Source: Podarcis bocagei
Taxonomy: Eukaryota
Strand: one strand, 5' to 3'
Assembly: GCA_964188305.1 (NCBI GenBank)
Contig: OZ076885.1
Length of the DNA stretch: 64,000 nt
Position numbers and translations under genes: made by a program. This document shows positions 30,363 to 42,899 of the stretch, piece by piece. The notes beneath the pieces were generated by a model. It saw nothing but the letters and a program-made list of their open reading frames with translations. It was not told the DNA's origin and did no database searches. Within the stretch, counting starts at the first letter, position 1, and every line of letters starts with the position of its first letter.

Positions 30363-30894
30363 TGGGCTTAGGCATCTTTCTCTTTAGAAAACAAGTATTC
30401 GGAACAGTTAAGTAAGTAATGCCTACAGTAAGTAAGCCAGCAGTCTCACACCAACATATGGAACAAGAAGCCATGTTGAAGTCAGCAGGGCTTGCTTCTG
30501 AATAGACAGGTATAGATTTGGGCTCTGACTCAGTTTTCCTTTACCTTCTCCTATGCTAAACCATCTACTACCAAAGGGGAGCTTTCGCCATCCCTGCCTG
30601 CAACCCAGAAATGCTAGAGCCCAACCCCTAACTGACGTAAGAAAATGGCCTCCAAGAATTCTAAAAAGGAAATGTGCTTTTGGCACTCTTGCCTTAAAAT
30701 CTTTCCAGCGTGTCCTTCAGTGGTCATGCAGTAGGAAGTTTTAATTGCTGCACAATTTAATTTTCCACTGCTCCAGTGCAGTTCCCTGCCTTAATAATTC
30801 TCATTTGTAGAAAAGAGAGTCTTTCCCTGACACTGTTTAAATTATTCCAATGTCCTGTTCCACACACAGATTCTTCCATCCTGGTGTTTTATAA

Positions 30895-31242
<348 letters not shown>

Positions 31243-31782
31243 TAAATCCCACTGAATTCAGTGAAGCTCCTCCCAAGTAAGGGTGCATAGGATTGCAGCC
31301 TTAGTTGAAATTCTCATAGATCTGCAATGTAATATCTCGACTCTTGGTTTGCATGCAAGTAATCCACAGGGCAGATTATAAAAGGTAATTCTGAACTCAG
31401 TTTTATTCTTGTGCTGTAGGAAATAATTTCCGCCTGCGAAATATATATTTATTGAGCGGCCTGGTGACTTAAGTCACCAACGCTCCCACGAAGTAGAATT
31501 AATTTATTTGGAGCACTTACAGAAATATTGGCATTCCATCTTGACTTTTGGATGATCTGCTGACATTTCCGATGTTGCGTCTCACCTATAATAGATATGG
31601 AGGTGTTAATTTTCTTTGTGGACATTAATCCACTTAAATGGAAATTTTTATTTTAATACCTACTTGTTCAGAAGAGGGCTGGATTTATCCTTTTGATTAA
31701 CAGTGCACAGAACTTGGCTTCTCTGACTTCAGAACGCTTTGTGTTTATTAAGGCTTAACAGCAGTAAGCTCGATTTTTCTAA

Positions 31783-31950
<168 letters not shown>

Positions 31951-33291
31951 TAATACTTAAAACTGCCATTTTTTCCTGTTGAAGAGCCTCCTAGTTGGGC
32001 ATTGTCTTTTCATCCTTTCAGTGAAAAGGATTTGTGCTGAGAGAAGTCACCACTCTCTTTGGCCTGGTTTGCACAGCATGAAAACCCAAACCATGGCTTA
32101 CTTACTGGGACTTTGCAAACATGCTAGCTTCCAGAACAAACCTTGGCTACAGACGGTGGCTAAGAAGGAGAGAGCTTAACCATGATCTTGGCTTAGCTGC
32201 AACACTGGGCTGAGCTAAAGGACTGGGGAAGAACAAAGCGGCTGCAATCTCCCCTCCCCTGAGCCAGTATATCTGCGCTAAGCTTTACTTGCAAAGTGGC
32301 CCTTCTTCCTCTCTCCTTACTAATCTTCACAAATACACATGTTCTTTGTTTAAGATACTCAATGGCCAGTGGTTACTTCTTATTTAAAAACCATTCTTAG
32401 ACAAGAAATTATTGAGGGTGGCTTTCTATAATAGAATGCTAAATTAAGTAGGTACTAAATTAACTGAGATGTGCCTTAGGAATAGTTTGTGCTTTGCATT
32501 TTTTGTCTGCATGTGCAAGTTCCAGACTTGCTCCATCTGAATTAGCTTCAGATTGGTTTTAAAACACATACACCACAACTGACTGTAGCTTCAGACCATA
32601 TTGTACGTGCAGCTGTGCATATTTGTTTGGCTGTTGTTTTTTAAATTTGCCTACAGTCTGAGTACATGCAGGGGCATCTGGTCACAATCATAATACACAT
32701 GGTTTTAAAACAATGTGTAGCTCCAGATCTCCTAGGTTCAGGTATAACTGATCTGTAATACGTACCCAATAAATGAACTTACTAACTTAGGGCTCCTCCT
32801 GACTTCCTTTTGAGCTACGTTTCTAGGCACAGTGGATGGCTTTGAGGTTTTCTTCCTGGGCCAGATCATCTCCCCTCTTTGAAATGGATCCAGTGGATCT
32901 ATCACTGCCTACCCCCCCCCCCTCGGCTCTGCCTCCATCCCACACCTGTAATGCCTCATTTCAGAGCCCTATACTAGTTACCACTGGTGGGAACACCACC
33001 AATGATAGCTTCCCAACAGCCTGTGCTTTAGCCATATTGGCCCCAGTCAGCGGAGGGACACCTCCACCTAAGCCCACCAGCAGCACTGAGCAAGGGATTA
33101 GGATAGTTTTGTAACTGTGCTAAAAAGGAAACAAATTTATCTTCTGAAAGCCCTTAACACAGCTGGGCAGGTCTTCAGTTGGTGTTAAATATTTAACTCA
33201 GTAGAGCTGCAGTGAATTATTCCAGCGACTCGGTTTTGTTTACCTGTTCTCTGAAAAACCTGCAAGCAAAGCTCTTTTCCCCTTGAGATGA

Positions 33292-33639
<348 letters not shown>

Positions 33640-34074
33640 TGAGCCAACCAATCCTGCTCTTGATTAAACTGATGTTGGGGAGAAGGGTGCTAAAGTAGTA
33701 GCACTGACTAGCCATGCAGATGTGTACAGATATTGACATACAACACTTTTGGCTAAAGCCTTTACTTGTGCAAATGACAGAGAGGGTGACTGATTTAACG
33801 TTCAGTAGCACAGTCTGGAACCTCACCGGATTCACCTTTGCTTAAGGCCCATAGTTTGCAGCCAAGATAGACTATTTTGACTGTGAGGAATAAGGCCCTC
33901 ACATAATGGGGACTGGCTGGCACATAAGGGGTTACAGGTTTGAGGCAACAACCTTAAAAGTCTAGGAACAACACTGCAGACAAATCTGAGGAGTCCATGC
34001 AAATGTGAGTGGGCAGTCGCTGGAGCTTGCCAGCTGTTTAATTGGTAAGAATTACCAATTAAAGTAGATAGCAT

Positions 34075-34163
34075 GACAATATATTTTTTATATTGTGATT
34101 GCCCTGTGAACTGCCCTGAGACCTCCGGGTATAGGGCAGTATATAAATTCAATCAATTAATAA
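34075..34163 (+). mobile_element. L2-like LINE 3' end relic
   Basis: TGTGAACTGCCCTGAGACCTCCGGGTATAGGGCAGTATATAAAT plus A-rich tail. Confidence 0.55.
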
Positions 34164-34207
34164 GGAATTCTGTGTTAGAAGCAGTTTCTTATCAGCATTG
34201 TCTAAAT

Positions 34208-34754
34208 CAGTGTTTCCCAACCTTTTTTGGGCAACGGCACACCTGTTTAATGAAAAAAATCTCGCGGCACACCACCATTACAGCCCCGTGACGTCAGCGC
34301 GCAGCGTCACGCCGGGAGGGACGCACGAAAGTGAAAGTTTTTAATTTTTTTCCCCTCCCCCTTGCCGGGGAACCTCCAAGCTTTGGGGGTGGGGGGGGAG
34401 GAGGCAGCAGAGCGAGGGACTGAGGGACGGCGGCAGCTGAGGCGGCGGCGGCTGTTGTGGTGGTGGCGGCGATAGCGGGCGGAGGAGGGGGCGGCGGCGG
34501 GAGTTGCTGCTGCTGTTGTTGCTGCTGCTGCCCGGACATGCCGGCCTCCTCCTCCTCCGCTGTCTCGCGCTCCTCCCTTTTGCACGCGCTGCCCCGCCGC
34601 TCGGCACCACCACCGCGGAGCCGCCCCCGGCTCGACGCGGATCCTCGCCGCCGCCGCCTATCACCGCCCGACTCGCCCGCCTCCCTCCCACGGCACACCA
34701 GCCGATGTCTCACGGCACACTAGTGTGCCGCGGAACACCGGTTGGGAAACACTG
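34208..34754. mobile_element. Non-autonomous hAT element (547 bp) with GC-rich cargo
   Basis: 15-bp TIR CAGTGTTTCCCAACC / GGTTGGGAAACACTG; perfect 8-bp TSD GTCTAAAT; subterminal CGGCACAC repeats. Confidence 0.93.
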
Positions 34755-35547
34755 GTCTAAATGTGGGGTGGGAACCTGGGCTTGGGGCTGCATTGCTCCA
34801 GTGGAAAGCTCACCCCGCCCCCAGTTCCTCAAGTGATCAATGCAGATCAGCTAGGAAGGAGGACATTTCTGTACCTACTGCAGTGCCAGGATGGGAATGC
34901 GAATCATTCTTTTTTCATTTCTCAGCTGATTGGCACAGACCATCTGAGGAGCATGGAGGGTCCGATTTCATCCCCATTGCAGCCGGCTGGGTGGGGAGAT
35001 TTAAACCTCCAGTGCATGACAATAGGGATGAAAACTGCCTACCACTCCTTGGCTGGTCCACACATCAGCTGTGGGTGATGGTGGTTTTCTTCTCCATCAC
35101 AGGGTGCCAGGCAGTTTAAACCTCTCTACCCAGGATACCTTGATCAGGAAGAACAGCTGATTGGAGTGCTGAGGAGCAATAGGCAATTTTCATTCCCATG
35201 TAGAGGAAAAACCTTCCACCCAAAGTACCATTCGGTGGATGAAAATTATGCCCTCCCTACTTCTCTGATGGTCCACACCAATGTGCACACACCTGGGGAA
35301 GCCACGGGAGTGCTGTGGATTGCATAGGAAGGTCTAGTGGGCTGGATTAGGCCTACCCTTGTTTTAAATGAAAACCTAGGTCAGCTTTCCCCAACCTGGA
35401 GCCCTCCAGATGTTTTGGACTACAACTCCCATTATCTGCAACCAGCATCGCCATGTGCGTCCTCTCCCTACTGGGCAGCACATTTTCCAAGTCTACAATC
35501 ACTTTACTGCATTTTGACTAGTCTCCAGGTGCTACTTCTCAACTTAA

Positions 35548-35760
<213 letters not shown>

Positions 35761-37065
35761 TAGTAGTGCCTGTAACTTCAGAGAGTTTCTCCATAGAAGC
35801 GAATGGAAACCAAGGCTCAGATTCTCCTTGTGAAACCACAGCTCAAGTAAAACTTTTTAAAAATGTGGCAGAGTCCATTAACATTAAAGCGTTTGGGGAC
35901 TCAAAGGAAATGCTAACACAAACGTTTAAAAACCTTCTCTCTTTGATTTTCAAACCCTTCTCAGATTTAATAGAAATGGCCACATTAACCTAATGAGCCT
36001 CCGTGAGAGTAGCTAATGGTTGTGGGGTTGTTTGTTTGTTGAACTTGATTACATGCCACTTCCTAGCAAAGCTCTTGTATGTTATCCATCCTTTAGAAAA
36101 TGTACAATGATAACTCATTGCAGTACAAATATTCTACATGTGTAAGCTCACAGGTCAGGTATCGCTGTCAGTAAGCCTCTTGTTCAGGCCACACTGTCTG
36201 TGCTTCACGTTCTTCCTTCTGGATTGTTCTTAAGGTTTTTGCCTCAAAAAGACCAAGGCTAACCTTGCATGGAACAATCTTCAGCTCAAGCCACTGAATC
36301 CAGGCAAAATACTGTTATGTCAGCAACAGCACAAAGGAAGACATCTGGCTGCACGGAATGGCTGTAAAAAATGTAGTCACCTCATGCGCTAATAGTGTGT
36401 AGCTTTTAGGCGTGCTCTGTCAAGTCCTCTATCTCACTCGCATTTTAATGTAGCTTATATTCACTATGGGAGTTGTTTTTGTTTGTTTTTTACAATTTAG
36501 AAAATACAAAGGCAAGTTAATGTTGCGTCATATCTCTGGGTAAACGTCTAAGTGAAAGACAAAGGTCTAGTTTTCAGTGCAGGGAGCATCAAGCAGGAGA
36601 CTTGGTCCAAGTTCTGTTGCAAGGATAAACTTTTGGACTAAAAATGGCTGCAGAGTTGGGGCCACTCTAAACTACCGTATTTTTCGCTCTATTGGACGCA
36701 CCGGACCACAGGACGCACCTAGTTTTTAGAGGGGGAAATCAAGGAAAAAAATATTATCCCCCCCCCAGCCCCAAAGAGCAACGGACAGGCTGCATGCAGC
36801 CTGTCCACTTCTCCCAGAGCTTCTCGGGGCTGCAGGGTAAGCCCGGGTTTTCCCCCCCCCCAGCCCCAAAGAGCAAAGAAGCCAAGACAGTGCACGGGAT
36901 CCATAGCCGCGCAACCTCTCCAGCCAGGAGCTAAACCTCTCCAGTGCAGCTAAAGAAGACAAGGCAGCAAGCGCGATCCATCCCGCTCACTGCCTTGGCT
37001 TCTTCTTTAGCCTTGCACAGCATCTTTAGTCTTGTGCAACGGGATGGATTGCGCCTGCTGTCCAC

Positions 37066-37280
37066 CGGGGCTGGACTAGATGACTCCTGGGGTTCCCTTC
37101 CAACCCTGCAATTCTATGACCTCGGAAGGTGTTTGGGGTCTCCACCACTGGAGGCTTTTAAGCAGCGGTTGGGGGACCATCTGCCTGGCGTTCTTTAGCT
37201 GTGATTCCTACATTGTGAGGGGGCTGGGCTAGATGACCCTTGGGTGGCCCTCCCAACTCTATACAGTCCTACAGTTCTGC
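37066..37280 (+). mobile_element. Two CR1-type 3'-end fragments nested in the Tc element
   Basis: GGGCTGG(A/G)CTAGATGAC...CCCT(T)CCAAC...TTCT motifs twice; GGAGGCTTTTAAGCAGCGGTTGG. Confidence 0.7.
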
Positions 37281-37422
37281 GGCAGGAGATCCACAGCCAC
37301 TTCACACAAAGCCCACTCCCAATTTTCACCTGAGAGACATGTGTCTCTCAGTACCCCCCCTACCTGCCACACTTCCCCCACCCCACTTAAGCTGAGGGAA
37401 TTTCTGCCCAGAGAAACTCCCA

Positions 37423-38546
37423 GCAATCAAGGAGGAGGAATCCGCTGCAGCCGTGAGCAGCGGAGGATCCATGGTCCCCTTCCTTCTCTCCTCCGTAGTT
37501 GCTTTGAAGCAGGAAAGTGGGAGAGGAGCTGCTTACACGAGTGTAAGCTGCTCCCCTCCCACATTGCCGCTTCAAAGCAATCACGGAGGAGGGAATCTGC
37601 TGAAGCCTAGAGCAGCGGAGGATCCATGGTCCCCTTCCTTCCCTCCTCCGTGGTTGCTTTGAAGGAGGAAAGTGGGAGAGGAGCTGCTTACACAAGTGTA
37701 AGCTGCTCCCCTCCCACTTTGCTGCTTCAAAGGGAGCCCGGGAGGAGGGAATCTGCTGCAGCCTCGAGCAGCGAAGAGGATCCATGGGTCCCCTCTTTCC
37801 CTCCTCCGTAGTTGCTTTGAAGGAGGAAAGTGGGAGAGGAGCTGCTTACACGAGTGTAAGCTGCTCCCCTCCCACTTTGCTGCTTCAAAGGGAGCCCGGG
37901 AGGAGGGAATCTGCTGCAGCCTCGAGCAGCGAAGAGGATCCATGGGTCCCCTCTTTCCCTCCTCCGTGGTTGCTTTGAAGGAGGAAAGTGGGAGAGGAGC
38001 TGCTTACACAAGTGTAAGCTGCTCCCCTCCCACTTTGCTGCTTCAAAGGGAGCCCGGGAGGAGGGAATCTGCTGCAGCCTCGAGCAGCGAAGAGGATCCA
38101 TGGGTCCCCTCTTTCCCTCCTCCGTGGTTGCTTTGAAGGAGGAAAGTGGGAGAGGAGCTGCTTACACGAGTGTAAACTGCCCCCCTCCCACATTGCTGCT
38201 TCAAAGCAATCACGGAGGAGGGAATCCGCTGAAGCCTCCAACAGCGGGGGATCCATGGTCCCCTTCCTTCCCTCCTCCGTGGTTGCTTTGAAGGAGGAAA
38301 GTGGGAGAGGAGCTGCTTACACGAGTGTAAACTGCCCCCCTCCCACATTGCTGCTTCAAAGCAATCACGGAGGAGGGAATCCGCTGAAGCCTCCAGCAGC
38401 GGAGAATCCATGGTCCCCTTCCTTCCCTCCTCCGTGGTTGCTTTGAAGGAGGAAAGTGGGAGAGGAGCTGCTTACACGAGTGTAAGCTGCTCCCCTCCCA
38501 CTTTGCTGCTTCAAAGGGAGCCCGGGAGGAGGGAATCTGCTGCAGC
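37423..38546. repeat. Tandem array of 7 units of 155/158 bp, each internally palindromic
   Basis: ATCCATGG anchors (ATG at 37471, 37626, 37784, 37942, 38100, 38255, 38410). Confidence 0.97.
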
Positions 38547-39181
38547 TTCCCCCAACTCCCGCAGAAGCCGCGCGCTCTTTAAAGGGGCTGCGCGGCTTCT
38601 CCTGGCTTTTCTGGGAGGTGGGGGGATTCCCCCACCTCGTAGAAAAGCCCGCAGGAGCCGCGCAGCCTTTAAAGAGGGCGCCGCTCTTGGGGGCTTTTCC
38701 CCCAGGAGGGAGAAGGGACTGCTGCAGCCAGTCAGTCCCTTCTCCCTCCTAGAGAAAAGCCCGCAAGAGCGCACGAAGCTTGCGTGCGGCTCTTGAGGGC
38801 TTTTCCCGCCTGCCTCCCCCCTGCATTCGCTCCATAGGACGCACACACATCTTCCCTTGCTTTTTAGGAGGGAAAAAGTGTGTCCTATGGTGCGAAAAAT
38901 ACGGTACATGAACTCGCATGTTCTTCTAAATCCAAGGCTCCTCTAAGCGCAAAGATGCTTCAGCAACAGGATATTCCAAATGTGTCCAATGCTTCTCTGC
39001 AGTCCAGGTGGCTCACTAAATGTTTTGCTTCTAAACTTGTTGAAGAAAATGTAATTGTTTCTAATGAAAAGCAGTCTTCAAAGCAAACATTTGTCCCTGG
39101 CATGGTCATGTTTTGTGAGAAAGAAGTGCAAAAAGAAAAAAAGAAAAGGCAGCATTAGCACAATACGAAATGTGAACACAG

Positions 39182-39388
39182 TATCTAACCTTGTGCACTT
39201 TTTATTTCTTCCCCTGTTTTATTTCCTGCATGCCATTCTCCCCCCCAATCTCTCTCCACCTGCTGCATGGTGCACCTCCTCCTCCTCCTTCTCTCCTTGC
39301 CCCGTTCTTGTTCTCCTTCTCTTCTTTGTCTTATACCACCACCCCACTGGCACTGCATGCCCTGCTGGCTGGCGCACTGCCTAACCAG
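39182..39388 (+). promoter_or_regulatory. AG-exclusion zone and distant branch point upstream of the NM exon
   Basis: No AG from 39182 to the acceptor; TCTAAC at 39184-39189 followed by a pyrimidine tract; three TGCATG and CAC clusters. Confidence 0.8.
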
Positions 39389-39469
39389 GACCACTCCGGC
39401 ACACTTGGCCCCGAGGAATTCAAAGCCTGCCTCATCAGCTTGGGTTACGATATTGGAAACGATGCACAG
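39389..39469 (+). CDS. ACTN1: ACTN1 exon 19a, non-muscle (NM) EF-hand exon ([27 protein letters not shown])
   Basis: cag|GAC...CAG|gtact, 81 nt. Confidence 0.96.
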
Positions 39470-39514
39470 GTACTGAATGCTAGCAAGGAACTCAGGCAAA
39501 TATCAAACCCTAAG

Positions 39515-39996
39515 GGAATAACATATTTCTCCCTTCTCTTCTTTTTTGTTTTAATCCGTCTTGTCAATGTTCTTATATTTTATTGTGCATATTTCTGCAT
39601 TCTGTTGTATGTTCTGTCATAATTCCATTCTTGTCTTTATGCATTGTCAAATCAATTTTTCTCTTCTCGGTTACACATTCCATTTGCTTGATTCCCTAAA
39701 ACTCTTCTTGCCTTCCTTTCTCTTCTCCATTTTTAAAAAAATTATCTTCCTATCGGTACCTTTTTCTTCTTCTTGTTGATCCTTAAACTTTCATCTGCTC
39801 CTTCATTTTCAATGGAATGAATCCATCTCTTTGTTTTCTTCAAATTATTTTCTTATTTTCTTTTGTTGTTCAATATATCTCATCTTCCATTTTTCCTTCA
39901 TGCAAATCCATTCTTTTAACACCTTCCGTGAGTTCATCTCTACTTTCTATTCCTCTCTTTTCCCTTTCATTCTTCCATCCCTTTATGACTGTGTAG
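39515..39996 (+). promoter_or_regulatory. Extended polypyrimidine / AG-exclusion zone upstream of the SM exon
   Basis: No AG 39515-39930, a single AG at 39931-39932, extremely T/C-rich with many TCTT (PTB-type) motifs. Confidence 0.8.
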
Positions 39997-40062
39997 AAGA
40001 AGACTGGCATGATGGATGCTGAAGATTTCCGCACCTGCCTTATCTCCATTGGTTACAATATG
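39997..40062 (+). CDS. ACTN1: ACTN1 exon 19b, smooth-muscle (SM) EF-hand exon (KKTGMMDAEDFRTCLISIGYNM)
   Basis: tag|AAG...ATG|gtaat, 66 nt. Confidence 0.95.
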
Positions 40063-42368
40063 GTAATGTAGAAGCACCTGCCACTTATATTCACAATGGT
40101 ATATTTGACCCTTAAACGAGAAAAGGGCATACTGCTAGTGAACCCAGGTAAAGCTTTGTCAGTCCCATGACTTGTGAATAAAATCTATGGCATCAGTGGC
40201 ATATTTATTTACAAACTGGATTGACTTCATACTTTATTTTTGGAAGAAGAATCAGAATATAATCCAAACTGATTCCTGGTTGACCTCTGAATAAGTAGAA
40301 CAAAACAATGTCCAAGCCTTGTTCTCCCATGGCCATTTTGCTTTGTTTTTGCATTATAATTATGCATTTGTTGCTAATTCATTGTGAGCAGCCCACACAA
40401 CAACCCTTCACACTTGTCCTTCTGCTGTAAAAATAGTCAATTTCCCCACATTTAAACTGCGAGAGTTGGTTTATCAAAAAATGTTTTTTTCTTCTTCATT
40501 ATGTACATCCATTGGTATGGAAGAAATTCAGTGATCAGGGCTAGCATTTTGGCTTGCCAGACAGAAGGGTCCCCCCCCACCCTCCTCTCCCTGCCTGCAA
40601 TTGCAGAGGTTCTCTCTACCCCTGCCCCCAGAGCCAATTTGGGGCGGGGGGAGAAAAGGCAGGGAAAGCCCTATGACACATGTGAAAGTCCTTGCTCAGG
40701 GCTGCTACTTGACAGGATTCATTAGTTGAATCCTGTTTTAAGGGGATTTTTTATTCAAACATTTTCGAAGCTCCCCTTTGGCCAAAAATGGTATTTTGTG
40801 TCGGTCTCACAAATCCATAAAAACAACTGGATTTATTCGCAATAAAAACAAACGGCAAAACCAGCAATATATCAACCAGCAGATGAAAACCATTTAACTG
40901 TGCAGTGTGGGATGCAGCTGCACAAGAGTCTTGGGCACCTTTTCTGTTAAATACTCTGTGCATATTTTCTGTGACTTCATTGTCGATGAGCAACACAGTT
41001 CTCTCTAGGCATGTCATTGCCATTTTGTGAACAGTTCATATTTTCACAGTGAAAGGCACACCATCTTTACTCAGAAGAAACTCCTACGGTAGTTAGCGGT
41101 GTTTATTCCAAGGAAAGTGTACACAGAACTGCAGTCCCACAGGGCAACTGTATACTCACATTTTTCTGGAACTGGAGCTATGCTGGTAGAAGTCGTTGGA
41201 AGGGAAATTAGTTATAGCCATCAATTGAAGGGGTGTAGGATATGGTGACGGTCTGTGCCTTCCCATACTGCCTATATTCCACCCATAAGTCCCAGTGGCC
41301 CTGTGGCAGCTAAAATTAGTAGTACTAAAATGCAATGCTATTTTCCAAAGAAGTGTATTTTTCAAAGTTATCCATTCTTTAGATCAACAGAGACAGGATG
41401 CCTCATAATATAATCTCATATCTGGCAGTACTACTAATTTTAGCTGTCACAGGGCCACTGAGTTTATCTTCATCAGACTCTGTGATCTCAAATCTTTGGT
41501 CTGGAGCTTGCCCCATCCATGTAAGTTGCTGCAACTGAATTCCATGAATTTTGCTACCCCACATGTTACACTGCTCATGTGCATAGCCCATTTGCATGGG
41601 CTAGAAAAGAGGAGGGGAAATTCAGCAATAACATGCAAATTGGCCCCTAGGCTTATTCTTGCCTCAAAATTTATAAAGAGGAAAAGGAAGTTGCTACTGA
41701 ACATGTTACAGTTCTCAAGCACCCAGTTCTAAGATGTGAAATGTGGTGAATCTTAATCTCCAGTGAGATCAGCTTTTGTTAACCATGTTTCCTAGCCATG
41801 AAACTGTCAAGGGTACTTTTATTGTGTTTCCCTTCCTATAAAGAGAGTGTTTCTACACAGCAGCTTCTTGTGGACTTGGTGCCATGCATTGCCCACACTC
41901 AACAGCAGCAGCATCACAATAATATGGCATTTGGGCGGTGTTTGGTTGGAGCTTGAGGAATGTCTCTACCTGAAGCAGTTACGCCATTGGCTTCCATTGG
42001 TTGCTGTCTTATCAGACCTGTGATAAGGGATAGCAACCCCATTCTTTGGGTGTCAGTGCTGAGAATACTACTTGGTGCCAAACATTTATGAGCTTGTCTT
42101 CCTTATAACTTCAAATGCAGTCAAACTACTTCAATTAATTCTTCATGTGCTACATCCTCGATGCCTCTGGAACAGCCTTCCCGAACTTAGTGCCCTCCAG
42201 ATGGATTGGACTACAACTCCCATCAGGCCCAACCAGAGCAGCAATTGTTAAAGAAAATGGGGGTTGTAGTCCAAAACATCACTGGGGGGGGTGGCCAGTT
42301 TGCAAAAGGCTATGGTGTGTTTCCATAACAAATGCCTATTTCATCCTTTCCTGTCACCAGTAGATTGA

Positions 42369-42899
<531 letters not shown>

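Larger units (their letters stand above)
36675..38904. mobile_element. Non-autonomous Tc1/mariner-superfamily (Tc2/pogo-like) element, 2.2 kb
   Basis: Imperfect ~27-bp TIRs CCGTATTTTTCGC(T/A)C(T/C)AT(T/A)GGAC(G/A)CAC, TA flanking both ends, no transposase ORF. Confidence 0.9.

Noticed and set aside
34294-34836. Overlapping low-complexity ORFs as a functional gene
   Set aside because: They lie inside or across a TIR/TSD-bounded element and run into transposon ends; at most a captured fragment
37423-38546. CRISPR-like array or repeat-protein ORFs
   Set aside because: Units are contiguous near-identical copies with no unique spacers, the context is eukaryotic, and there are no cas genes; the ORFs simply repeat with the unit
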